From: Bacteroidales bacterium
Lineage (GTDB): Bacteria > Bacteroidota > Bacteroidia > Bacteroidales > UBA932
NCBI GenBank assembly: GCA_017552105.1
Contig: JAFZJI010000057.1
Span: 4,150 to 68,149 of the forward strand
Reading direction: 5' to 3'
Length of the DNA: 64,000 nucleotides
The notes under the pieces were generated by a model. The model was not told the DNA's origin. It worked only from the letters and a program-made list of their open reading frames with translations, and did not search any database. Within the stretch, counting starts at the first letter, position 1; each line of letters opens with the position of its first letter. Shown here one piece after another: positions 47,915 to 57,267 of the stretch. The translations under genes were made by a program, and so were the position numbers.

Positions 47915-49822
47915 ATGACTCAGAACACGAATTATACAGACGACAACATACGCACCCTGGAAGGCGTCCAGCACGTCAGGATGCGCCCTGGTATGTATAT
48001 CGGGCGCCTCGGCAACGGCAACAACCCCGGGGACGGTATCTATGTCCTCCTGAAGGAGATCATCGACAACTCCGTCGATGAATACGCCATGGGCTTCGGC
48101 AAACAGATCACCGTCGAAATCGGCGAGGACAACCACGTGACCGTGCGCGACTACGGCCGCGGTATCCCTCTTGATTCCGTGGTGAAAGCCGTAAGCATCC
48201 TCAACACCGGCGGCAAGTTCGACGACAAGGTCTTCAAGAAGAGCGTCGGTCTGAACGGTGTCGGTACCAAGGCAGTCAATGCACTTTCCGAGTCATTCTA
48301 CGTCTGTTCCTATCGTGACGGCGAGTCATCCTGGGCCCGTTTCGAACGCGGCGAGCTCAAGGACAGCGGCAAAGAATCCGCACCCAAGGAGAAGAACGGT
48401 ACCCTGGTGAACTTCTACCCCGACCCCATGATGTTCGGCAAGTTCGCCTACAACCTGAGCTTCGTGGAGACGATGGTGAAGAACTACTCCTACCTCAAGA
48501 AAGGTCTCACCCTCGTGCTCAACGGCACTCCTTACAAAAGCGAGAACGGCCTTCTCGACCTCGTGAACGAGAATCTTTCCGAGGATCCGCTCTACGCCCC
48601 CATCCACCTCGAAGGGGATGACATCGAAATAGTGCTCAGCCACGGGCGTGACTACGGCGAGAACATATCCTCCTTCGTGAACGGCCAGAACACCCGCGAC
48701 GGCGGTACGCACCTTGCTGCCTACCGCGAGGCCATCGCCAAGACCCTCAAGGATTTCTTCAAGAAGAACTATGCTCCCGAGGATTGCCGCCAGGGCATCG
48801 TGGGAGCCATCAGCATACAGATCCAGGAGCCTAACTTCGAAGGCCAGACCAAGACCAAGCTGGGTTCCAACTACATGTGGGAAAAGCAGACCCACGACGA
48901 GCACGGCACCCTGCACCTGGACACCGGCCCCACCATCCGCAGCTACGTCAATTCCTTCGTGGCCCAGGAACTGGACAACTACCTCCGTATCCACAAGGAG
49001 ATAGTGCCCATCATCGAAGAGAAGATAAAGGACTCCCAGCGCGAGCGCGAGGAGATTTCCGGCATACAGAAGAAGACCAGGGAGCGCAGCAAGAAGGCCA
49101 ACGTCTATAACAAGAAACTGCGCGACTGCCGCTTCCACTACAACGACAAGCCCAACGAGAAGACTCAGGAAGACATCGAGCGCAGCAGCATCTTCATCAC
49201 CGAGGGAGACTCCGCTAGCGGAACCATCACCAAGGCCCGCAACGCCAGCTACCAGGCCGTTTTCAGCCTCCGCGGAAAACCCATCAACTCCTACAAGGAG
49301 AGCAGGAAGAAAGTTGCCGAGAACGAGGAGCTCAACCTCCTGATTTCCGCCCTGGGCGTGGAGGACGATCTCGAGAATCTCCGCTACAACAACATCATCA
49401 TCGCTACCGATGCCGATAACGATGGTATGCATATCCGTATGCTGGTATGCACCTTCTTCATGAAATACTACCCCGACCTCATCCGCCGCGGGCACGTACA
49501 TATACTTCAGACTCCCCTGTTCCGCGTAAGGAACAAGACCGCAAACCGCTACTGCTATTCCCCCGAGGAGAAAGAGCAGGCGATCGCGGAACTCAAGACC
49601 AAGGTCGAGATCACCCGTTTCAAAGGTCTGGGAGAGATTTCCTTCGACGAATTCGCCGATTTCATCGGAGAGGACATGCGCCTCGACCAGGTACGCCTGG
49701 CCGACGAGGAGTCCATCTCCGAAATAATGGAGTTCTACATGGGAGACAACACCATAGAGCGCCAGAACTGGCTCAGGCACAATCTGAAGAGCGAAAAAGA
49801 ACTCGAAGACGTAGATATCTGA
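47915..49822 (+). CDS. parE: DNA topoisomerase IV subunit B
   Basis: HVRMRPGMYIG, EIIDNSVDE, GLNGVG, ITEGDSASG, LRGK, ATDADNDG, RFKGLGE. Confidence 0.93.
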   Translation: MTQNTNYTDDNIRTLEGVQHVRMRPGMYIGRLGNGNNPGDGIYVLLKEIIDNSVDEYAMGFGKQITVEIGEDNHVTVRDYGRGIPLDSVVKAVSILNTGGKFDDKVFKKSVGLNGVGTKAVNALSESFYVCSYRDGESSWARFERGELKDSGKESAPKEKNGTLVNFYPDPMMFGKFAYNLSFVETMVKNYSYLKKGLTLVLNGTPYKSENGLLDLVNENLSEDPLYAPIHLEGDDIEIVLSHGRDYGENISSFVNGQNTRDGGTHLAAYREAIAKTLKDFFKKNYAPEDCRQGIVGAISIQIQEPNFEGQTKTKLGSNYMWEKQTHDEHGTLHLDTGPTIRSYVNSFVAQELDNYLRIHKEIVPIIEEKIKDSQREREEISGIQKKTRERSKKANVYNKKLRDCRFHYNDKPNEKTQEDIERSSIFITEGDSASGTITKARNASYQAVFSLRGKPINSYKESRKKVAENEELNLLISALGVEDDLENLRYNNIIIATDADNDGMHIRMLVCTFFMKYYPDLIRRGHVHILQTPLFRVRNKTANRYCYSPEEKEQAIAELKTKVEITRFKGLGEISFDEFADFIGEDMRLDQVRLADEESISEIMEFYMGDNTIERQNWLRHNLKSEKELEDVDI

Positions 49823-50403
49823 TGAAAGGGAACAAGACCTCATACAGCAAGGGTTGGGCCCGTTTCTGCGGTTGGCTCCTGAAACGTCTGGGATGGACCG
49901 CAGTGGGTGGACCCATGCCGGAAAAGAAGGTCATAGTGCTGGGCGTCCCCCACACTTCGTTCTGGGATTTCATAATTGCATACCTGTTCTACACCAGTTT
50001 CGGTGAGGTCGCGCATGTCATGATCAAGCGCGAACTGTTCTTCTGGCCCCTCGGGGCCATTCTCCGCAGCTGCGGCTGCATCCCGGTGGACCGTAGCAAT
50101 GCCTCCACCCTGATAAGGAGCCTGATCGAGCATATGGATAGGGATGAAGTCTTCAAACTTGCAATCGCCCCGGAAGGGACGCGCAAACCTGTAAAGCGCT
50201 GGAAAGCCGGAGCCCTCAAGATTGCCAAAGAGACCGGAGTGCCGGTTTATGCCGGATTCTTCGACTGGGGCACCAAGAGGATTGGCTGTGGAGAAAAACT
50301 TCAGCTTAGCGGTGACATCCAGGCCGACCTGGAAATGGTACAGAAATACTATGAAGGCCTGCACCTCACCGGTAAGCATAAAGAAAAATACATAACCGGA
50401 TAA
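49822..50403 (+). CDS. 1-acyl-sn-glycerol-3-phosphate acyltransferase family
   Basis: PHTSFWD, IPVDR, APEGTR; ATG overlaps the parE stop. Confidence 0.88.
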   Translation: MKGNKTSYSKGWARFCGWLLKRLGWTAVGGPMPEKKVIVLGVPHTSFWDFIIAYLFYTSFGEVAHVMIKRELFFWPLGAILRSCGCIPVDRSNASTLIRSLIEHMDRDEVFKLAIAPEGTRKPVKRWKAGALKIAKETGVPVYAGFFDWGTKRIGCGEKLQLSGDIQADLEMVQKYYEGLHLTGKHKEKYITG

Positions 50404-50407
50404 ACTT

Positions 50408-52105
50408 ATGCGAAAACACAAGCACCCGTACAGGATTAGGAAGTTCTTCATCCGGATGAACCCTGTACGCCTACTTCCTGGCCATCACCAGGACCATTAT
50501 CCTCTTACTCTCAGGGAACTGTTCGAAACATCTACCGAAAGATTTGCCAAACGCAAGCTGAGTTGTTTCATCGACGGGACCCAGAGCTACTCATATTCCA
50601 GATTCCGCTACATGTGCGACCGCCAGTCACAGCGCCTTTCGCGTTTCGGCATCAGTGCCGGCGACAAAGTGGCCATACTCGCGCAGAACATGCCTAACTG
50701 GACGGTGGCTTTCTTCACTGCCACAGCCTTCGGACGGGTCGCCATTCCCATCCTTCCGGACAGTTCCGAGAATGAAATCACCAACATACTCACGCATTCC
50801 GAGAGCAAGGTCATCTTCATATCCAAGAGGCTGCTTCCCAAACTCAGCCAGGAATGCATCGACAAGCTGGTGTTGGTCATCGATATCGAGACCTTCGAGA
50901 TAATCAAAAAAGAGAAAGACGCCTTCATGTGCGACGGATGGGTACGCACTCCTTCCCCCGACGAGCTGGCTGCAATCATCTATACCTCCGGCACCACCGG
51001 AAAGGCCAAGGGCGTGATGCTGAGCCATCGCAACCTCTGCCAGAACATAATGGAGGCGCACAAGGCGGAACGCTGCTTCAAGAAAGACCGCTTCATGTCC
51101 ATCCTTCCTATGGCCCATGCCTACGAGATGGCCCTGGGATGCCTCTATCCTATATACGTAGGCGCGTGCGTGTATTACATCCCCAAGCCCCCTACTCCCA
51201 GCGTGCTGATGGCGGCAATGAAGAAGGTGCGTCCTTCGGTGATGTGCGCCGTGCCCCTCATTATCGAGAAAGTCTATCGCAAGAGCATAGTTCCCACGGT
51301 GGAGAGCAGCCGCACCCTCAAATGGATGCAAAAGAGTCTTCCCTGGCTCTTCTACCGCCTGGTAGGAGGGCGACTCTACAAGAGTTTCGGCGGCAAGCTG
51401 CACTTCTTCGGCGTGGGCGGCAGCAAGCTCGACCCCGTGGTGGAGGCCTTCCTCAAGAAATGCCACTTCCCCTACGCAATCGGCTATGGCCTTACCGAAT
51501 GCGCGCCGTTGGTGTGCAACGCTATGGTAGGCCGCACGGTGGTAGGGTCCATAGGCATCCCATCATATAAGGTGGAAGTCCGTCTGGACAACGTCAACCC
51601 CGAAACCGGAGAAGGAGAGATAGTCTGCCGCGGCGACAATGTGATGCTCGGTTACTACAAGGATCCCGAACGGACCCAGCAGGTAATCGATGATGACGGA
51701 TGGTTCCATACCAACGACGTAGCCATAGAAGACAAATACGGCAACTTCCACATCAAGGGGCGCCTGAATAACACCATCCTCGGCCCTTCCGGCGAGAATA
51801 TCTATCCTGAGGAGATCGAGCAGGTGATCAACAACGAAGAAGGTGTCAGCGAGAGTCTGGTCGTGGAACGCGACGGCAAGCTGGTGGCCTTGGTGAAGTT
51901 CGAAGATAATGTGCTGGACTGGAACCTGGAGGGAGAGGAGAGATTCTATGAGAGGGTCGAGTCGCTGCAGAAGACGCTGCAGGAGCGCATCAACAAGTTG
52001 CTTGGCAAGAATTCCCAGGTGAGCAAGGTGGATGCGATGAAGGAGCCCTTCGAGAAATCCGCGACCCAGAAAATCAGACGTTTCCTCTACAAGAACAAGA
52101 AGTAG
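50408..52105 (+). CDS. Long-chain fatty acid--CoA ligase
   Basis: IYTSGTTGKAKG, GYGLTEC, NVMLGYYK, GENIYPEEIE. Confidence 0.9.
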   Translation: MRKHKHPYRIRKFFIRMNPVRLLPGHHQDHYPLTLRELFETSTERFAKRKLSCFIDGTQSYSYSRFRYMCDRQSQRLSRFGISAGDKVAILAQNMPNWTVAFFTATAFGRVAIPILPDSSENEITNILTHSESKVIFISKRLLPKLSQECIDKLVLVIDIETFEIIKKEKDAFMCDGWVRTPSPDELAAIIYTSGTTGKAKGVMLSHRNLCQNIMEAHKAERCFKKDRFMSILPMAHAYEMALGCLYPIYVGACVYYIPKPPTPSVLMAAMKKVRPSVMCAVPLIIEKVYRKSIVPTVESSRTLKWMQKSLPWLFYRLVGGRLYKSFGGKLHFFGVGGSKLDPVVEAFLKKCHFPYAIGYGLTECAPLVCNAMVGRTVVGSIGIPSYKVEVRLDNVNPETGEGEIVCRGDNVMLGYYKDPERTQQVIDDDGWFHTNDVAIEDKYGNFHIKGRLNNTILGPSGENIYPEEIEQVINNEEGVSESLVVERDGKLVALVKFEDNVLDWNLEGEERFYERVESLQKTLQERINKLLGKNSQVSKVDAMKEPFEKSATQKIRRFLYKNKK

Positions 52106-52165
52106 CTGAAAACAAAAAAAGCCCTGCTCGCAGAAAAATGCTCGCAGGGCTTTATTGTTTTCAGC
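52105..52165. terminator. Bidirectional terminator between the ligase and rplI
   Basis: GCTGAAAACAA..AAAGCCCTGC / GCAGGGCTTT..TTGTTTTCAGC extended inverted repeat. Confidence 0.8.
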
Positions 52166-52171
52166 CTAAGA

Positions 52172-52621
52172 TTACTCGGCGCTTTCGGCAACAACTTCGA
52201 CGTTGATGTCGGCAACGATCTTCTTGTAAACTTTGACTTTACCTTCGAAGTTACCGGCTTCCTTGATTTCAGGAATGGTAACGTCCTTCTTGTCGACCTC
52301 GATACCGGCGGCTACGAGAGCCTCGGCAACCATGGCGGCGGTAACTGCACCATAGAGCTTGCCGCTCTCAGCCACCTTAGCGGTGAGCTTGACGGGAGTA
52401 GCAGCGATCTTGGCGGCCTTTGCCTCGGCATCGGCAACGAGTTTCGCCTCCTTGTGGGCACGCTGGCGGACGGTCTCCTCGTACTGCTTGATGGCAGACT
52501 TGGTTCCGAGCACTGCGAATCCCTGAGGGATAAGATAGTTGAGAGCGTATCCGCTCTTTACTTCCACGAGTTCTCCGGCCTCTCCGAGACCTGCAACTTC
52601 TTTCTTGAGAATGATCTTCAT
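52172..52621 (-). CDS. rplI: 50S ribosomal protein L9
   Basis: MKIIL...GLGEAG..VEVKSGY..NYLIPQG, GKLYGAV. Confidence 0.97.
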   Translation of the reverse strand: MKIILKKEVAGLGEAGELVEVKSGYALNYLIPQGFAVLGTKSAIKQYEETVRQRAHKEAKLVADAEAKAAKIAATPVKLTAKVAESGKLYGAVTAAMVAEALVAAGIEVDKKDVTIPEIKEAGNFEGKVKVYKKIVADINVEVVAESAE

Positions 52622-52630
52622 AGGGCAGGA

Positions 52631-52897
52631 TTATTTAAGGAGGTCAGTAACATAAGGAAGGAGAGCGAGGCTGCGGGCGCGCTTGACGGCCTGGGCAACC
52701 TTGCGCTGGAACTTGAGCGAAGTACCGGTGATGCGGCGGGGAAGGATCTTACCCTGCTCGTTGAGGAACTTCTTGAGGAACTCAGGATCCTTGTAATCGA
52801 CATACTTGATGCCGGCCTTCTTGAAGCGGCAGTATTTCTTCTTGCGAACCTCTACGGTAGGAGGGTTCAGATAGCGTACATTGTCATTCTGTGCCAT
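52631..52897 (-). CDS. rpsR: 30S ribosomal protein S18
   Basis: [34 protein letters not shown]. Confidence 0.98.
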   Translation of the reverse strand: MAQNDNVRYLNPPTVEVRKKKYCRFKKAGIKYVDYKDPEFLKKFLNEQGKILPRRITGTSLKFQRKVAQAVKRARSLALLPYVTDLLK

Positions 52898-52900
52898 GGT

Positions 52901-53335
52901 TTATTCCTCCTTGGAATCTACGGGTTCAACATCGTACTCGGTGACATCCTCGACCTCTTCGGCCTTGTCCTCGACGGGGGCCTCGACAGGGGCGTTCTTC
53001 TTGGCGGCCTTCATCTCACGGCGGTGCTCGGCGTATGCGATAGCATCTTTGTCGAGAGCGACGGTGAGGAAGCGAAGGATACGCTCGTCACGCTTGTACT
53101 GGATTTCGAGATTTGCTACGAATTCAGGATCTGCCTTGAACTCGATCAGGTAATAGAAACCTGAGGTCTTGTGCTGGATGGGGTAAGCAAGCTGCTTCAG
53201 GCCCCAGTCCTCTTCGTACACGATTTCTCCACCATTGCTTGTGATGAAGCCAGTGTACTTGGCAACCGCTTCCTTCATCTGGGCGTCAGACAAAACGGGA
53301 GTTGCAATGAAAACGGTTTCGTACTGTTTTAACAT
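52901..53335 (-). CDS. rpsF: 30S ribosomal protein S6
   Basis: YETVFI, WGLKQLAYPI, DERILRFL. Confidence 0.97.
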   Translation of the reverse strand: MLKQYETVFIATPVLSDAQMKEAVAKYTGFITSNGGEIVYEEDWGLKQLAYPIQHKTSGFYYLIEFKADPEFVANLEIQYKRDERILRFLTVALDKDAIAYAEHRREMKAAKKNAPVEAPVEDKAEEVEDVTEYDVEPVDSKEE

Positions 53336-53429
53336 TTTGATTAATAATTAGTTATAAATTAAGCCCTTAAGGGATTTTCCCAAAAGGGCTGCAAATATAG
53401 TTATTTTCTGTCAGAAATGCAACTAAGAC

Positions 53430-54287
53430 CTATTTCTTTTCCATTTTTCCCATATACCAATACAGGCTCTTGCCGGAGATCCATATTTTGTAATTGTAGG
53501 AATTGCTGTAGGTGTAGTGGCTTCCCCAGGTTTCCGCATCGAGGGTCACAGGATCAACAGGATAATAGATGTACTCGTTCTGCTGGGTTTCCGGGTTGTA
53601 TCCGAGACTCTTGTAGGAGTGGTATGAGTCCGTTTCGCTAAGGGTGAGCGTCATGCCGCTGACGGACCATGTGCCAAGCCGTTTGGACGCGACCAGGGTG
53701 CCGTTCGCCTCGTGACTCCAGGAGCGTTCGATGTAAGAACCGTCATTGCCGAACACATAGCGATAGTTCTCGTAATCGGTCGACATCTCCCAAGTTCCTT
53801 CGATTTCGGACTTCTTGAAAGTCTTGCTGACGCCGTCGGGAAGCATCAGGTATTCCATCTCGCTCACGAAGTAATCCCCTTTGATCTGCATCTGGAAGAT
53901 CACGTCATCAGGAATGGGAGTTATCGTGCAGGTGCGGGTACCATTGAACCAATCAGGATCGCTGGTGGTGTCCAGCTCCCTGGTGACCCATTCGTTCTTT
54001 CCCTCTTCATCGTTATATTCATAAGCCTTCTTCACGGTCATCTTGATGACATTGTCCGCGAAGGTATAGGTGCCGGTATCCTTCCATTTGGCAATACCGT
54101 CCCATTGCCATTCATAGGTACCATCTTTCTTGAACGTCACCCTGGGATAGTGATAATCATCGCCAAGGCCCACCCACGAACCTATGATTCCGGTGTCGCC
54201 GGAGGTCTTGCCATTGTCTTCTTTGTTACAGGAAACTGCAATTATCGCCACGAGGGCGAAGGCGGCCAGATAAAAAAGTTTTTTCAT
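53430..54287 (-). CDS. Hypothetical lipoprotein with two lipocalin-like repeats
   Basis: Lipobox AVSC; IIGSW...TFKKDGTY and IEGTW...FGNDGSY. Confidence 0.75.
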   Translation of the reverse strand: MKKLFYLAAFALVAIIAVSCNKEDNGKTSGDTGIIGSWVGLGDDYHYPRVTFKKDGTYEWQWDGIAKWKDTGTYTFADNVIKMTVKKAYEYNDEEGKNEWVTRELDTTSDPDWFNGTRTCTITPIPDDVIFQMQIKGDYFVSEMEYLMLPDGVSKTFKKSEIEGTWEMSTDYENYRYVFGNDGSYIERSWSHEANGTLVASKRLGTWSVSGMTLTLSETDSYHSYKSLGYNPETQQNEYIYYPVDPVTLDAETWGSHYTYSNSYNYKIWISGKSLYWYMGKMEKK

Positions 54288-54390
54288 CGAATGATTGTTA
54301 TTTGGTTATACGCTGCAAGATAGCGACTTACACGCAATGCGCATATCCCAATACAAATAAATCAGACCAACAATTCGACAATCGGAAAAA

Positions 54391-54864
54391 TCACTGATTA
54401 TTCGGATCTATCCCCTTGCGCCAGAAACGGAAAGTAATATCCTCCCTATGATGATACAGCCGCTGGTTGGTGCTGCGTTCGTTGAGAGGACCGCATTCGG
54501 GCCTGTACGGCCCTACCTTGACGTAATCGAACGCATCCCAAACCTCCTGTTCCACCTCTTCCCTGCCCGAATACAGCGCGAGCTCCATGCCGGGATGGGC
54601 TTTGCGCATATGCGCCGCCAGGGCAAGCAGGGCGGCAATGTCGTTGCCCTCCCCCAGGAACAGGAAACAGTTGACTCCGAAATTATCCGCAATCAAGGCA
54701 TCCACGATTCCGGGCGTAAGTTCCTCGCCTATGTTCAGGCGGAGGAATGGCGAATGACAGCCTACGCACGTCCCAAGGCAGTTGCTTATGTCGACTGCCA
54801 GGCTCACCCTGTCCGGGATTTCCTCCAGGACCACGGATGTCATTTGCGGTACGTACTTGATCAT
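54391..54864 (-). CDS. nrdG: Anaerobic RNR activating radical SAM protein
   Basis: EIPD.VSLA, CLGTCVGCHS, DYVKVGPY, TNQRLY. Confidence 0.92.
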   Translation of the reverse strand: MIKYVPQMTSVVLEEIPDRVSLAVDISNCLGTCVGCHSPFLRLNIGEELTPGIVDALIADNFGVNCFLFLGEGNDIAALLALAAHMRKAHPGMELALYSGREEVEQEVWDAFDYVKVGPYRPECGPLNERSTNQRLYHHREDITFRFWRKGIDPNNQ

Positions 54865-54873
54865 GCGGAAAAA

Positions 54874-54899
54874 AGACCCCCGACCGGGTCGGGGGTGTC
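54874..54899. repeat. REP-like hairpin between nrdD and nrdG (terminator-like on the minus strand)
   Basis: AGACCCCCGACCGGGTCGGGGGTGTC; 21/26 identical to the murF hairpin; followed by a T-run on the minus strand. Confidence 0.75.
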
Positions 54900-54902
54900 A
54901 TT

Positions 54903-57089
54903 TTATTTTTCAGAGTAGAACCTGTGGTAGGCCTCTTCCTGGCGCATCTCGCTGAATGATGAAATCCTCTTGAGGTATCCGATCACACGGGTGAGATAGT
55001 CGAGGTTGGTGCTGCCGCACTTGGGGCACACGGTAAGGGTATCCTTGCTGATGTAGCCGCAGTCGTTGCAGACCGTATTGCGGCAGTTGAAGGTGAAGTA
55101 GTTGGTGCCGTAGTGCGCGGCAGTGTTCAGAAGCTGCCTGTACTGGTCCTTGCTGAGGTGCTCGGCTATGTTCATATGGAGGGCGGAACCGCCGTCGAGA
55201 TACTTCACATATTCCTCGCCGTGGAGTTTGAACTTGTCGATCATGCTCAGTTTGTCGTCCTCGGGGTTGTAGAAGTAAGAGGAATACATGTTATGCTTGG
55301 GAGACACGAAGTATCCATCCTTGCGGTCCCAATTGTAGTTCTTTCCGGAAAGGTTCTCGCCGGGGACGAACTCGGTATTGAACATCGCTTCCTTGGTACG
55401 GTCCTTACGGTTGGAGACGTTGATGGTCTCGAGGAGGTTGTTCACGAACTCCTTGTAGTCGTCGTTGGGAGATATCTCCAGCCCGAGGAACTCGGCGGCA
55501 TCGGTAAGGCCGTTCACGCCGACGGTCAGATACTGGCGCTTCATGTCGATGAAACCTGCACGGTATACGTCGAGCATCTCGGCCTTGAGGAAATCCTTGA
55601 TGATCTCGTTGAAGGCAATCTGATACTTGTGCACGCGCTCGGTTTCGGCGGTGATTGCGTCGCTGATATACTTGTAGAGGGAAGCTTTGTCGTAGGAATC
55701 GCGCGAGAGGGGCTTTCCGGGCTCGATATCTTCACCCTTCTCCTTCTTGAACCACTCCCTTGCAGCATCCTGGATAAGACGGTTCAGGTTGATGGTCATG
55801 ACCGACTTACTGCCGGTAGATACCGAAGCGGTACCCATGGAATACTGGTGGGTGGTATGGTTGTGGGATTCGTCCTCGCTGTCGAGGTCCTTGAGGGAGT
55901 TACGCAGGCGGCAGCAACTGGAAAGGCTGTCCGGACTGTTGGAAATGTAGCAGAAGAAGCTGTGTCCCTTGCTCCACATCTCCGCGGTGAAATCGGCATA
56001 GTCCTTATCGGCATAATCGTCGCCACCGTCGGTGAGCAGGGCCATGGTTTCCACGGGGAAGGTGAGGATGTACTTGTTGCGCTCCTCGTTGAACCAGTTC
56101 ATGAAATGCCTCTGAAGCCAGTCCAGAGTCTCCCACTTGGCTGCAGTTCCGTCAGGGAAACGGAAATCTCCGAACACGCCCTCGAAGTAGGGTTTGTCGA
56201 AGTAGCCTATATTCCAGAACACGGTCTGGTAACCACGGTTACCGGCAGGCATGTTCATGGAGTGCACGACCTGCTGGAAACAGTTGTCGATGACTTTGGT
56301 AAGCGTGCGCTGCTTGGCGTTGTTCTCAACGACTTCGTCGAGCCTGTCGAGGTAGTTGTCGCCATAATCCTTGCGGATGAAGTAATCCAGGTAGATGAGG
56401 AACTCGGGGGTAGCCACCGCGCCCATGAACTGCGAGGAGATGGAGTACACCAGGTTGATGAACTCGCCGCAGAAGCTCTTGAGGTCGGTAGGAGCCACGG
56501 AAACGCCGCCCAGCTCACGCAGGCCGCTCACCAGGAAAGGATACATGGTGATGGCCACGCAGTAGGGATATCCCGGAGTACCGCTCTCGTCGTGCTTGTA
56601 CAGCACATGGGATTCCAGATCCTTTATGTACTGGTCGGCAAGTTCGTGACCATAAAGGTTCTTGATCTTGTCCTGCATGATATAGCGGTTCTGCTTGATA
56701 TTGTTCTCCTTATAGAGCTCCTGGCCAAGCGTGACGATGTTCTTGCGCGTAACATTGGCGTTGGCGTCGAACTTGGAGCCGGTAGCGGCGTTCGAAGCCT
56801 TGATATAGTCCTTGATGAAGTCGCGCTTCTTGCGCAGGTCCTTTCCGTCGTCGAACTTCTCGATGTACTCGAGGGCGGCCTTCTTGTTGATGGACATTAG
56901 GGAATCGACAACCTGACGGCGGATCTCCTGACTCGTCATCTTATCGTAAATATAGAGGTTATCGGTAATGGACACCACCACTTCTTCCGGGCAACGCTGC
57001 CCGGTAGCTTTATAAGTCTGTCGAATACCTCTCTTAAGCTTTTCGAGATCAAACTCTTCAATGGTTCCGTTTGTTTTCCTGACGTCCAT
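54903..57089 (-). CDS. nrdD: Class III anaerobic ribonucleoside-triphosphate reductase with ATP cone
   Basis: VRKTNG..EEFD..KL ATP cone, PYCVAI, SSCCRL, CNDCG..CPKCG, TRVIGY glycyl-radical motif. Confidence 0.95.
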   Translation of the reverse strand: MDVRKTNGTIEEFDLEKLKRGIRQTYKATGQRCPEEVVVSITDNLYIYDKMTSQEIRRQVVDSLMSINKKAALEYIEKFDDGKDLRKKRDFIKDYIKASNAATGSKFDANANVTRKNIVTLGQELYKENNIKQNRYIMQDKIKNLYGHELADQYIKDLESHVLYKHDESGTPGYPYCVAITMYPFLVSGLRELGGVSVAPTDLKSFCGEFINLVYSISSQFMGAVATPEFLIYLDYFIRKDYGDNYLDRLDEVVENNAKQRTLTKVIDNCFQQVVHSMNMPAGNRGYQTVFWNIGYFDKPYFEGVFGDFRFPDGTAAKWETLDWLQRHFMNWFNEERNKYILTFPVETMALLTDGGDDYADKDYADFTAEMWSKGHSFFCYISNSPDSLSSCCRLRNSLKDLDSEDESHNHTTHQYSMGTASVSTGSKSVMTINLNRLIQDAAREWFKKEKGEDIEPGKPLSRDSYDKASLYKYISDAITAETERVHKYQIAFNEIIKDFLKAEMLDVYRAGFIDMKRQYLTVGVNGLTDAAEFLGLEISPNDDYKEFVNNLLETINVSNRKDRTKEAMFNTEFVPGENLSGKNYNWDRKDGYFVSPKHNMYSSYFYNPEDDKLSMIDKFKLHGEEYVKYLDGGSALHMNIAEHLSKDQYRQLLNTAAHYGTNYFTFNCRNTVCNDCGYISKDTLTVCPKCGSTNLDYLTRVIGYLKRISSFSEMRQEEAYHRFYSEK

Positions 57090-57180
57090 AGAATTAAATA
57101 GGTTATAAGGGTTAAAAAAGGCGAGCTGTTTTTTTACCACAACCCGTTCCAATGATACACGTTTATTCTCTCACAAAGTT

Positions 57181-57214
57181 AATAAAAGAGGATGCACTTT
57201 GTCAATGCATCCTC
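57181..57214 (-). terminator. pepD terminator abutting the nrdD promoter
   Basis: GAGGATGCA-9nt-TGCATCCTC then TTTTATT on the minus strand; -7 element TAACTTTG at 57174-57181. Confidence 0.65.
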
Positions 57215-57267
57215 AGGAAAAGTTATCAACACAAAACTAACAATCAAGTTTTGGTCATTGTGTGTCG

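Noticed and set aside
47915-49822. parE without adjacent parC
   Set aside because: Separation of these genes is common in Bacteroidetes.
53362-53390. Hairpin upstream of rpsF as an S6:S18 autoregulatory leader
   Set aside because: The stem overlaps the predicted start site and no convincing CCR motif is visible; cannot be supported without a covariance search.
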